Shown: positions 1-12,401 of the stretch, piece by piece
How the letters are laid out: each line of letters begins with the position of its first letter
Numbering within the stretch: position 1 is the stretch's first letter
Program-made: the position numbers and the translations under genes
The notes under the pieces: model-generated
Told to the model about the DNA's origin: nothing
Database searches by the model: none
Seen by the model: the letters and a program-made list of their open reading frames with translations, nothing else
Source of the DNA: Carcharhinus longimanus
Lineage: Eukaryota
Assembly (NCBI GenBank): GCA_030264375.1
Contig: JASCQW010000043.1
Location: 71,194,740 to 71,258,739, forward strand
Direction: 5' to 3'
Length of the DNA stretch: 64,000 nucleotides

Positions 1-250
1 GCAGGCAAGCCAGTTCTGGATCCACAAGGCAACAGCCCCTTGGATCCCATGCCCTCTCACTTTCTCAAGAAGTCTTGCACGGGGGACCTTATCAAATGCC
101 TTGCTGAAGTCCATATAAACCACAGCCACCGCTCTTCCTTCATCAATGTGTTTAGTCACATTTTCAAAGAACTCAACCAGGCTTGTAAGGCACGACCTGC
201 CCTTGACAAAGTCATGCTGACTACTTTTGATCATACTAAACTTCTCTAAA
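1..250 (-). mobile_element. CR1 LINE reverse transcriptase fragment
   Basis: Minus strand reads SQHDFVKGRSCLTSLVEFFENVTKHIDEGRAVAVVYMDFSKAFDKVP. Confidence 0.92.
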
Positions 251-294
251 TGTTATCTTAACTTTTGTTGGATTATTGGACTAAAGAACTCTAA

Positions 295-1140
295 TAGCAA
301 TTGCACAAGATACTGGTGAGGCCACATTTGAAATACTGTATATAGTTTTGGTCTCTTTGCCTAAGGAAGGACATGCTTGCCCTAGACATGCGCAACTTAG
401 GTTCACTTGACAACCTCCTGATATGAGGAGGTGGTTCTCTGAGGAGAGATTGAGTAGACCGGCTGTTTATTTCCTAGAGTTTAGAAGAATGAGATGATTT
501 AATTGAAACACACAAGGAGAGCAATGGGGTTGAGAGTGGGAGTTCTCAGTGGCCAGTTAGTGCCATTGCTACAAGGTGGCCATTGCTTTTAATGCCCCCC
601 TCGCTGGATCAAAAGAATGCCCAAAAGGACCCCCACCACCACCACCCCACCCAGTGACCACTGAGGAGCTGCTAGGTTCTCTGGATGATCTTCCTACATG
701 CCCCCAGGAAAAATGCAATGTAGGTTATTCAGCTTAGCTCCGGGCAAATGACTCATCTGCTATCTTTCTGCCACTGGCAAAATGGCATGGCAACAGGAAA
801 AGGTCAGGCACACCACTTGATGCCATCCTGTGCTAAGTTGTAAGCCTTCTTGTTTCCCAGCCCATCTCCAAAGGCCTGATATAAAATCAACCCTGGGTCA
901 CGGTCTTAAAATAAGAGTTTGGTCATTATTAGACTTGAGATGAGAAGAAATTTCTTCACTCTGAATCTTTGGAATTTCAGCCCCAAAGGGCCATGGATGC
1001 TCACATGGTGAGTATAGCCAAGAATCAAGTTAGTATTTTAGCTATGAAGGGATTTAAGGAATCTGGAGACTGTGTGAAATTAGTCATGATCTTGTTGAAT
1101 GTTGAAGAAGCTCCGATAACACCTGCTCTTATTTCATCTT
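295..1140 (+). mobile_element. CR1 LINE 3' fragment interrupted by a ~380 bp GC-richer insertion (~512-895)
   Basis: LVRPHLKYCI*FWS...EERLSR motifs to ~510; resumes at gggtcacggtcttaaaataag (~895) through the 3' tail. Confidence 0.75.
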
Positions 1141-1593
1141 TCTTCTCTTGTTTCTGATTCTTCTCAACATTAAAGACTGTGTGATTGTGATATAAAGCTT
1201 TCTGCTTTTCTCATGGCACAGCTGTAGCTATGTTTTTTTAAGGAAGGACTAGTGATTAAGCAGCTTGTTAACTGCTTCAAGTGTGAAAATGAGAATTAAT
1301 GCAGGTACGCAGTGATCAGGTGGTGTCAGTTTCTGAGAACACATTTTTAAAACATAGCTCTGACAAGGAAAACCGCGATGCACCAACAGGTTTAGTGTAC
1401 AGGAACAGGTACACTTTAATAATTATTCCTGAAGGAGAGAAGTATGACCAAATATTTACAGGGAAGTTGTTTGCAGTGTATGCTGGGGAACAGACTTGTA
1501 CAGGACATGTTTGCCAGTGCTGACTTAAAAGTTTTTAAAATGTTTGCCCCAATTTTTTTGAGGTAACTGTGCACCAAAAGAAAAGTATCTGAC

Positions 1594-1657
1594 CTCCTTC
1601 TGAACACCATGGACATAAAATGTCTTCCCATCAAATTTCAATTTACTGACATCAAAC
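1594..1657 (-). CDS. FRMD3: FRMD3 coding exon (exon 9 equivalent, 64 nt)
   Basis: tttccag|...|gtcaga; FDVSKLKFDGKTFYVHGVQKE; phase 2/0; the gene continues beyond the left edge of the window. Confidence 0.94.
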
Positions 1658-1964
1658 CTGGAAAAGAAAAGAGCAATGAGAAGCCTGACAACACTAAAAT
1701 TAATCAAAAATTTATTACTCCCTACACATATAAAATGTGAAAAATATAATCAGTTCATTGGAAATTCAGATATTTCACAACACACAAGAATATAGAAACA
1801 AGAACCATTCATCCCCTTGAACCTGCTCAGCCATTCAGTTAAATTATGCCTGATCAGTTATGCCTGATCATGCTGCCACAGGGAGAATGAGCAAACTCCA
1901 CACAGAGTCACCCACAGTGCCATCGTGCCACCCTGTAGATCCATAGGTCTGAATACCAGTATGA

Positions 1965-2265
1965 TGTCACAGTGGTTAGCATTGCTACCTCACAGTGCCA
2001 GGGACCTGGGTTCAATTCTAGCCTCTGGTCATTGTCTGTATGGAGTTTGCACATTCTTGCCTTGTCTGTTCTAGGTGCTCCTGTTTCCACCCACAGTCCA
2101 AAGATATGTGGAGAGGTTGATTGGCCATGCTAAATTGCCCCTTAGTGTCAGGGAATTAGCACGGTAAATATGTGAGGTTACAGGAATAGGGCCTGGGTGG
2201 GACTGTGGTTGGTGCAGACTTGATGGGCCAAATTGACTCCTTCTGCATTTAGGTTTCTATAATCT
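1965..2265 (+). mobile_element. HE1-type tRNA-derived SINE
   Basis: A/B-box head cacagtggttagcattgctacctcacagtgccagggacctgggttcaattc; body and CR1-like tail (gcagacttgatgggccaa). Confidence 0.88.
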
Positions 2266-3496
2266 CACAAAATCTATCAGTCTCAGTTTAGAAACTTTCA
2301 ACCAACCTGAAATAAATAAGAATGAAACATTTATATTTATGTAGTTTTTTTTACATCACCAGCTTTTTGAAGGTCTGAGTTCCATCCTCTGATATCACTC
2401 TTGAACTATAATTTTAAGTTCATGCCCATTTGTCACCCACTAGAAAAAAATCATTTTTTCTCCCTACTCTGATCAAAACCTTTAATCAACTAAACTCCAG
2501 CTGTAACACCACTTAACCTTCCATATTCAAGAGAATGCAAGCCTTGGTATTGCAACCTATGATCACCATTTAACCCCAGCATAATTCTTTGCTAGAGATA
2601 ATTTCCTTTGGTTCCCTAGTGGTAACCTCATCCTGTCTGATTCTTACAGCCAGAAAATCACTTAATGCCAGCTTTCCAGCCTTTTTGGTCTGGGAGCAAG
2701 CAGTTTAATGAGGACTGGCTGTTAAAATTGTCCTTCTCAGATGGGCACACTGCTTTGATATTCAGAACACCACATTTCGAAAGTACCTCATTAGCTGCAA
2801 AATGTTTCAGGAAATTATAACGATGTTAAAAAAACACCACGTAAATATAAACATTTCATATTTATTTCAGATATGAATAGGACATTTTTGAAAACATTCT
2901 GTTTGTCCTGCTTTTCCTATGACATGTGAAATAGGTATTTAATAGGATTGCCAAAATCTTGTTCTCATACTTATGCTAATACTACTCTTGAAACAGTTTT
3001 AAGAAGATGAGTAAGCATGGCTTCACGATTAATATCGTTATATTTTGCTTCCTTCTGCAAAACAACAATGTTGACATCAGAAGCTCCACAGAATGGGAGG
3101 TTCAAACTGCTCCTTCAGCTTTCTGTGGTAATAGGTTACAGTTAGCTAGAACACTTGATAACATTTGGGAGCAGCTAGAAAAATGAAATTAAACCAGATG
3201 GCTGACAGTAAGATCAGCAGTGAAGTGATTAAAGACCTTGTGTAACATTCGATGATTCTGTAAAGATAACTAATCTGGTTGTTTTAAAAGCAGCAGCAAC
3301 AACTGAAGTAAATATCTCATAACACATACCTAATTTCTCTAATCTAAAACACCAGCTCCTTTCAACATTGATAACAATCTCTCCAATATTAGCTGTACAA
3401 TGTGCAAACATCGAATGTTCCTCAACAGAGGTTCTGTAGAGAGTGCTTAAAAACAAATAATTTGGGAGGAATGGCGGGAGGACGAGGACGAGGAGT

Positions 3497-6125
3497 TCAG
3501 TTGGTCCTCTTACTTCAGGAGGGATGTTGTTGCATTGGAGGTGGTTCAGAAGAGGTTCACTAGATTGATTCTGGAGATGAGGTGTATGTCTTATAAATTG
3601 AGATTGAGCAGTTTAGGCCAATGCTCTCTCGAGTTTAGAAAAATGAGCAGAAAATTTTTATTACAGAAGAAACTTAAAAGCTTTGCATCTGAATGCAAAA
3701 AGCAATCAGAATGCAAATAATTTAGGCACTGGAGTCCAAGACGTAGTCTGGGTAGAAATAAGTAATAGCAGGGGAAAGAAGTCCCCAGTGGGGGAAATCT
3801 ATTGGTCCCCAAATAGTAATTCTGCAGAGGGGCACAGTATAAACAAAGAAATACTGGGGCTGTAAGAAAGCTACAGCAATAATCATGGGTGATTTTAACG
3901 TGTATGTTGACTGGATTAATCAAATTAGCAAGATAGCTTGAGGGAGAGATCATTGAATATGTTAAAGATTGTTTCTTGGAGCAATATGTTGTGGAACCAA
4001 CCAGGGGTAGGTTATTATGAATCTGATATTGTGTAATAAGAAGGGATTAATTACTGATTCATAGTTAGGGAACTTCTCAGGAAGAGTAAGCATAGCATGC
4101 TACAATTTCAAAATTAGTTCAAAGGCAAGAAACTGGGGTCTTACACTAGCATTCTGAACTTAAATAAAGGTACATAGGCATAGGAACAAATTTGGCCCTG
4201 CTGGACTGGGCAGGAAGACTAAAAGGTAGTACAGTTGATCAACAGTGACAGATAGTTTAAGGAGATATTCAATTCCTCTCAACTAAAATACATATCAAAG
4301 AAAAAGAAAGATTGGAAGAGGAGGAAAAAACATCCAATGCTAAGCAAGGAAGTTAAAAACTTAACAAAGACAAAAACTAAGGGATATCATATTGCAAAGG
4401 CCAGTGACAGGCCGGAAGATTGGGAAAGTTTTAAAGATCAACAAAGGGTTACTTAAAAAAGTAATAAAAAGAGCAAAGGTACATTATGAAAGAAAACCAG
4501 CACAAAATATAAAAAAAGTTAGCAAAAGCCTATACAAGTATATAAAAGGGAAGAGCGTAGCTAAAGTGAGTGGAGTATGAAACTATGGAATTAATAATAG
4601 GGAACACAAATGGTGGAGACACTGAATCAGTGCTTTGCCTCAGTTTTTAAAGGTGGAGGACAGGAGCACCATGCCAATAGTAACAGATAATGGAGAAGTA
4701 ATGGAAAAGGGGGAAATGAGAACAATTAATAGGGCAAACCTACTGAACAAACCATTAGCACTGAAGGCTGACAGTCCCTGGGGCCTGATGGCCTATATCC
4801 TCGGGTCTTAAGGGAAATGACAGCAGAGATAGTGGATTCATTGGTTACAATATTCCAAAATTCCCTGGATGTAAGAAAGGTGCCAATGGATTGGAAAAAT
4901 GCCAATATTATGACTTTATTCAAAAGAGGGAGCCAAAAAAATAGGAAACTATACACCAGCCAGTTTAACATCTGTCATTGGAAAATCGTTAGAATTTAGA
5001 TTAACACACAAGTTAATACACAAGGTAAGGTTACATAGGTTTAGGAGTAATTTAATAGCTTTGATAGAGGATTGGTTAACCAACAGAAAGCAGAGAGTCA
5101 GGATAAATTAACCTTTTTCTGTTTGGTAAGATGTAACTAGTGGGGTGCCACAAGGTCAGTCCTCAGGCCACTGCCATTTACAACCTATGTTAATGATTTG
5201 GATGCAGGGGTAATAAGTACCATAGCCAAATTTGCAGATGACACTAAAATAGGTGGTATAGTAAGTTACAATAAAGAAATGACAAATTTACAAATGGATA
5301 TATAGGTTAGGTGAATGAGCCAAAATTTGGCAGGTGGATAAGTGTGAGGTTATCCATTTTGGTTGGAAAATTAGAAAGACAACTTATTATTTAAATAGAG
5401 AGAAACTTGAGAGTGTTTCGGTGTAGAGGCATGCGTCTCCCCTCAGGCACGAATCACAGAAAATTAGTATGGAAGTACAGCAGGTGAAAAGGAAGGCAAA
5501 TGAGATCTTAGCATTTATTACTAAAGGAATAGAGTATGAAGTAGGGAAGTACTGCTACAACTATACAAGGTATTAGTGAGACTGCACCTGGAGTATAGTG
5601 TACAGCTTTGGCCCCCTTACTTCAGGAGGGATATAGTTGCATTAGAGGCGGTTCAGAAAAGGTTCACCAGATTGATTCTGGAGATGAGGCACTTGTCTTA
5701 TAAAGAGAGATTGAGCAGTTTAAGCCTATACTCTCTAGAGTTTAGAAAAATGAGCAGAGATCCATTTGAGGTGTATGAGATGATAAAGGCAGAGTAGATT
5801 TAAAGAGGATGTTTCCTCTTGTGCAGTAATCTAGAATGAGGGGTCAGTTTTGGATAAGGGGTAGCAGGTTTCAAACAGAGATGAGGAGAAATTACTGCTC
5901 AAAGGGTTGTGAATTTGTGGACTATTCCAGAGTGTGTGGATGGCCGGATATTTAAGGAGGAGATACAGAGATATATAGATTTTTAATTAGTAATGGGTTA
6001 AAGAGTTATGGAGAACAGATATTAAAGTGGAACTGAGGGTGAGATTAGACCAACTATGACCATATTGAATGGTGGAGCAGGCTTGAGGGGCTGAACTGCC
6101 TTCTGCTCCAAGTTCTTATGTTTGT
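3497..6125 (+). mobile_element. Long decayed CR1 (HER1-like) LINE ORF2: endonuclease-RT-3' tail
   Basis: IIMGDFN, SPGPDGLYPRVL, DWKNAN, KFADDTKIGG and RLHLEYSVQLWPPY motifs with many stops and frameshifts; ends in ttcttatgtttgttct. Confidence 0.92.
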
Positions 6126-6760
6126 TCTGCCCCTTTGATTTCCTCAAAACTATTGCTTCACTATCTTTCTTCAGTTTTGACAGATGGTCCTCTCATTCTC
6201 AAATGTCAACTGTATTACTCACAGATGCTGCCTGACTTGCATTTAAAGAATCATGCCATCCAGTGAAAGCCCTGCAATTTATATAAATGATACCTTCTTT
6301 CCACAAGGAAAATGACAAAGGTGATATTGCTTGCAAATGTAGCATTGCTACTTTCTTGATGCGTTGTAGACTATCTACTTCTTTACCAAGTCAAAGGTAA
6401 ATGTCACCTGTGGTGACTCGGAAAAAACTGAGGACATGACTGCTTTATGATGCAATAAGTTTATTTTCAATGGGAGAGTCATTTTTGTTGAGCTTTTCAA
6501 TGCATTTTTTTGTTTTTATTTGTGGTTTTTGTTATCTGAACTCCTTGGTTATATAACCATTTATGGCGTCATGATCTTTTATGCTTCAATCTACCACAGA
6601 TAAAAACCCTGTAAAGAAGCAGTTGGCAGCAGGGATGATTTTAATGCATCTCATCAATACCAAATACTAACACAATCTAACAATAAAATGTTAAATATTC
6701 AGACACATCGTTGTTGAACTAAAATGTACATCAACGTAAGATGAACGTGAGCACTGTTTA

Positions 6761-6973
<213 letters not shown>

Positions 6974-7169
6974 TCATGGTCAAGGAACTTTTGCATGGTC
7001 TTCCCCCACCCATTACAATTTCCATGGCAAGCAGGATGGGAAAATTCTGCTCAACATTTTCATAGCACATTTTCTGTCCTCAAGATAGGGTATTTGTTTT
7101 TGTCTTAAATGGGTTAGATTGTCTATCCTTTATAGGAAAGTCATTCTTCAAAATGTATTTAAAAAGTAT

Positions 7170-7600
7170 GGGCAAAATTTAATGACGGTGACATGGGGGC
7201 CTGATGTCCATCACCAAAACTAGTGACACCCCCTCTAAACTGAACTCCAGGAGCCCCAAAGGAACTAAATACCAAACTGGCAGTGAAAATACAACTCCAC
7301 AGGGGCCATTTAATTACTGCATTTCAGCCAATAGGGTGGAAATTCTGCCCCCAAAAGCTGGTGGCCAAATCAAATGCCAGCACCCCACCTGGAGCAGTGG
7401 ATGTTGCTGGCAATTTGCAACAACCCTGATCAAGGCTCATTGTGGGCTGAATGGAGATCAAAGCCAAAGGAATCGTAAGCAAAAGAGAATGGAGGGGTTG
7501 AAGGAAAGGTCAGGGGGTTGCTCTCTGGGTCCTCTGCTCAAGAACTTCACCCCAGAAATTTGCAAGCAAACAGACAGAGCTGAGCCCCCCACCCATAAGA
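7170..7600. mobile_element. Non-autonomous DNA transposon/MITE-like relic
   Basis: Begins gggcaaaatttta like other MITE termini in this window; GC-richer; cut off by a CR1 tail and a gap. Confidence 0.45.
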
Positions 7601-7969
7601 GCATAAGAAATAGGAGCAGGAGTAGGCCATCTAGCCCTTTGAGCCTGCCCTGCCATTCAATAAGATCATGNNNNNNNNNNNNNNNNNNNNNNNNNNNNNN
7701 NNNNNNNNNNNNNNNNNNNNNNNNNNNNNNNNNNNNNNNNNNNNNNNNNNNNNNNNNNNNNNNNNNNNNNAAAGATGTGCTCTTAGGCTGATTGGTGTAC
7801 CAAATTGACACTATTCTCCCCTGAATCTGGCTACATTAGGGGTTCCATTCATATACACACGGGGCAGGGTAGGTGTAGGAAAATGCTTTGTTGAAATGGC
7901 GGTGCGGGCTTGTTGGGCGGAAGGGCCTGTTTCCCGTGCTGGGTTGTTCTTTGTTCTTTGAGAGAGAAT

Positions 7970-8985
7970 GAAGATATTTGAAAAAAAAATCAGTATAAAG
8001 AATTGTACTGAAGAATTTAATGGTACTAAAAGTAAACAAATCTCTTGAACCCAGTGGCTTGCATCTTTAGGGTTTTAAAAGAAGTATCTGCGTAGAAATT
8101 GGATACACAAGTTTTAATCTTTCAATATCGCCTGGACCCTAGAGCAGTTCCCATGGATTAGAAGGTAGCAAGTGTAACCCTGCTATTCAAGAAAGGAAAA
8201 CACTAACCAGTGAGCCTGACATCCATTACAAGGAAATCGCTATAATCTACTAGAGATATGCAACAGGGCACAGAAAATCAACACATGATTTGACAGCTGA
8301 CCCATTCATGTCTGAAAAATCTGTTACTGTTTTTGAGGTTGTAACTAGCAGAGTAGATAGGGGAAACCAGTAGATGTACTGTATTTAGATTTTCAAGGAA
8401 CAGATAAGGTGTCACACAAGATTGTTGTACAAATTAAGCGACCATTAAATTGGGAATAATACATTAACAAGGATTGAGGATTGATTATTGAACAGAAAAC
8501 AAATATTAGGAATAAACAGGTCATTTTTGCATTGTCAGGCTGTGACTAGTAGGTATGACAAAAATCAGTGTTTGAACCCTCAGTTATTTTCAAGCTATAT
8601 CAATGACTTAAATGAGCAAACTCACTATAACATATCCAAGTTTGTTGATGATGCAAAGTTAAGAGGAATAGTACAATGTGAGAAGGACATTTAGCAGCTC
8701 CAAAAAGATATAGATAGATGGACTGGGTAAGGACATGGGAGATGGAACATAATGTGGAAAAGTGTGAAGTTATCCACCTTGGTAAATTGTTTTAATGATC
8801 GGAGACTAGAAAATGTTGATATTCAGAGGGACCTGGACATTCTTATGCATGAACCACACAGAGTTCTTTGTAAACCCAGCCTGGAGTACTGTGTACAATT
8901 TTATTTTCTTTACCTAAGGAAGTAAATACCTGCCTTTGAAGTAGTGCAATGAAGTATCATTAGATTGATTCTTGGAATGAAGGGT
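7970..8985 (+). mobile_element. CR1 LINE fragment, 5' part; continues at ~11097-11415
   Basis: YINDL, ISKFVDDAKL and KCEVIHLG motifs; breaks at ggaatgaaggg and resumes at ttgtcctgtgaggagagattg. Confidence 0.85.
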
Positions 8986-8989
8986 TTTT

Positions 8990-11096
8990 TTAAAAAAAAT
9001 CATTCATGGAATGTGGGTGTCACTGGCTAGGCCATATTTATTGCCTAATCCTAATTGCTCGGGATGATGGTGGTGGGATGCTGCCTTCTTGAACCATTGC
9101 AATCCATGTGGTGTAGGTACACCCACAGTGCTACTAGGGAGGGAGTTGCAATAATTTGAGCCAGTGACATCAAAGGAACGGTGGTATATGTCTAAATCAG
9201 GATGGTGTGGCATTGAGAGAACTTGCAGGCACAAACGTTCCCAAGAATCTGCAACCCTTATCCCAAATATTAGAGGTTATGGACTTGGAAAGGTGTCTGA
9301 GCAGCTTTGGTGAGTTCCTGCAGAGTATTTTGTAGATGATATGCAGTGCTGCCACAATGCATCGGTGGTGGAGGGAGTCGATCTTAAAGATGGTGGATAG
9401 AATGCAAATCAAGTGGGTTGCTTTATCTTGGATGGCCAAGCATCATGAGTGCTGTTGGAGCTGTAGTCAGTGATAAATATTCCATCACATCCTAACTTAT
9501 ACCTTGCAGATGGTGGACAGCCTTTGGGGAATCAGGAGGTGCATTATTGAATTGAATTACGATTGAGTGGCGGAGCAGACTTGATGGGCCGAATGACCTA
9601 ATTCCGCTCCTATGTCTTATGATCTATTACGCACTGCAGGATTCTTAGCCTCTGATCTGCTCTTGTAACCACAGTATTTATATGGATGGTCCAGTTTAAT
9701 TTCTGGTCAATGGTAACCACCAGGATTTGATGGAGGGGAATCAGCGATGGTAATGCCATTGAATGTCAAGGGGCGATGGTTAGATTCTCTCTTATTGGAA
9801 ATGATCATTGCCTGGCATCTGTATAGCACAAGCGTTACTTGTCACCTGTCAGCCCAAGATTGGATATTGTCCAGGCCATGCTTCATTTGGACATGAACAA
9901 CTTCAGTATCTAAGGAGTCATGAATTGTGCTGAACGTTGTGCAGTTATCAGTGAACTTCCCCACTTCCGACTTTATGATGAAAGGAAGGTCATTGATGAA
10001 GCAACCGAACATTGTTGAGCAAGGACATGACTCTGAGAAATTCCTGCAGTGATGTCCTGAAACAGAGACAATTGACCTCCAACAACCACAATCATCTTTT
10101 TTTCTGCTGGGTATGACTCCAAACAACAAAGATCGCCCTCTGATTCTTACTGACTCCAGTTTTGCTAGGGTTTATTGATGTTACATTCAGTCAAATACTG
10201 CATCTCACCTCTGGAGTGCAGCTCTTTTGTCCATGTTTGAATCAAGGCTGCAATGAGGTCAGAAGCTGTGTGGCCCTGTTGGAACCCAAACAGAGCATCA
10301 GTGAGCAGGTTCTTGCTAAGCAACTGCCTCTTGATAGCACTGCGGACCCCTTCCATCACACTATTGCTGAATAGACTAATGGGGTAGTAATTGGCCAGGT
10401 TGGATTTGACATAACTTTGTGTACAGGACATACTTGGGCAGTTTTCCACCTTGCCAGGTAGATGCTAGTGTTGTAACTGTAGTGGAACTACTTGGCTAGG
10501 GGAGCAACAAGTTCGGGAGCAGAAATCTTTATTACTTCTGCCAGAATATTGTCAAGCCCCTTAGCCATTGCAATATCCAGCATCTTCAGCGATTTATTGA
10601 CATAGAAGCCACAAACGCTACATTGCAGAAAAGAGTCAATTTGACCCATCAAATCTGCACTGACTTTGCCATCCTATCCCTGTAACCCCGTTCATTTGCC
10701 ACAGTTAATCCACCTAACCTACACACCTTTGGACTGTGGGAGGAAACCGGAGCACCCACACAGACATGGGGAGAACATGCAAAATCACACAGTCACCTCA
10801 GGCTGGAATTAAATCCGGATCCCTGGCACTATGAGACAGTGCTAACCACTGTGCCACCCTGAAGTGAAACTAATTGGCCAAAGACTGGCATCAGTGACAC
10901 AAGGGATCTCCAGAGGAGGCCGAGATTAATCATCAACTCGGCATTTTTGGCTGGAGATTATTGCAAATGTTTCAGCCTTATCCTTTGCACTGATGTGCTA
11001 TGCTCTCCCATCATTGAGGATGGAGAAATTTGTGGAGCCGCCTCCTTTCAGCAAGTTATTTAATTGACTACAACCATTCACGACTGGATGTGGCAG
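8990..11096 (-). mobile_element. LINE of a second CR1/L2-group family, nested antisense in the CR1
   Basis: RT motifs KSNLANYYPISL, FGFQQGHTASDL and FINDLP...FTDNCT; 3' end attcatggaatgtgggtgtcactggc, also present at ~20115. Confidence 0.85.
10603..10860 (-). mobile_element. HE1-type SINE nested in the LINE
   Basis: Reverse-complement head gtgctaaccactgtgccacc; body ggactgtgggaggaaaccggagcacc. Confidence 0.85.
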
Positions 11097-11620
11097 GTAT
11101 TGTCCTGTGAGGAGAGATTGAGTAGACCAAGTCTAAATTCTCTAGAATCTAAACAAATTGAGAATAATCTCATTTAACCATGGAAATTCTTAAGGGGATT
11201 GACAGGGAAATGATAAGAGGATATTTTCCCTGACAGGGAATTTCGAACCAGGGTTCATGGTCTCAGAATAAACAGCCTTCCAGATTAAAAGATAAAAAGG
11301 ATTGTGCAGGAAGATGGAGGTGAGATAGAAGATCAGACATAGCCTTACTGTATGGTGCAGTAGGCACAAAGAGTGAAATGACTTACTCTTGCTCTTTTTA
11401 GTTATGTTCTTATGAATTTTCCACCTGAGAAAGCTGAGTGCAGAATTGTTGAGTATATTTTAGATTGAGATTGATAGCTTATTGTGCACTAAGGGAATCT
11501 AGGAATACAGAGATAAGGCAAGAAAGTGGTGTTCTTATAGGAGATCAGTCATGATCTTGCTGAAGGTAGAGCAGGCTCAAAGGCTGAATGGCTTATTGCT
11601 GCTTCTATTTCTAATGTTTT
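11097..11620 (+). mobile_element. CR1 3' fragments (two successive tails)
   Basis: EERLSR...; tails ttatgttcttatg and tctatttctaatgtt. Confidence 0.75.
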
Positions 11621-11854
11621 ACTACAAGGCTAAGGAAGTTGGACTTATTTTCTATGGCAAGCTGAACTTTTTAAACGGTCCAATCAAACTTCATTGCACT
11701 GATTTATTATTCTGAAGAATGGAAACAGAAATTTAAAAAAATAGGAATATGATGCAAAGTAAGACATGAGGTAATTGAAACAGATGAGTTCAGAAGGGAA
11801 TGGGCATTTCTCAATAGAAATATATGCAGCATGGTAGCATAATGTTTACAACCA

Positions 11855-12401
11855 GAATCTTGTGCCCTCTCCCACATGGCTATTTAAGGGCCTCTTCCTG
11901 GTGCTGCTGGTATGACCTAGTATAGAGAACACAACATGCAAACAAGTCCAGGGTTGCTTGCAGACTCCTGGGAGGAGTTTCCTTGTTCAAAGTTATTCAG
12001 TGCCCAATCAAGGAACCTAGCATCAAGAAGGGGGGACTTGCTGAGACTCATGCCCTTGCTGCCAACACCCCTCCCCATGACTACCATTCTGCAAACCCCT
12101 TGCCTGCCATCATTCACCTCTGGCCTGGGATCCAGTAATGCCCCTGGGCCTTGAGTTGCTGTCATACAGGCAACAGCCACCACTGCCATTCAAAGAGCTG
12201 CTGACTTCCTATTGGCCAGCAGCTCTCAGCAGGTGGGGCTTCCATTCCTGAAGTCCTTGATCCTACAGGAAGGCCCACTCCTGACCTATCAAGCACCTCA
12301 GTGTAACACAATGTGACAGTCCTTCTCAAATAGAGGCAAGCACAGAGCTCTCTGTGACTCACCAGCCAGCGGCCAAGACTCCCGCTGCCTCCACAAGATT
12401 C
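11855..12401. mobile_element. MITE with 10-bp terminal inverted repeats
   Basis: gaatcttgtg (11855-11864) and cacaagattc (12392-12401); GC-rich interior with no recognisable protein. Confidence 0.65.

Noticed and set aside
1965-2025. tRNA gene calls from A/B boxes (also at 31001 and 37107)
   Set aside because: These are tRNA-derived SINE heads, mostly continuing into SINE bodies, and do not form complete cloverleaves.
7204-7791. 195-aa ORF
   Set aside because: It is composed of MITE-like DNA, a CR1 tail and Ns, with no protein similarity.
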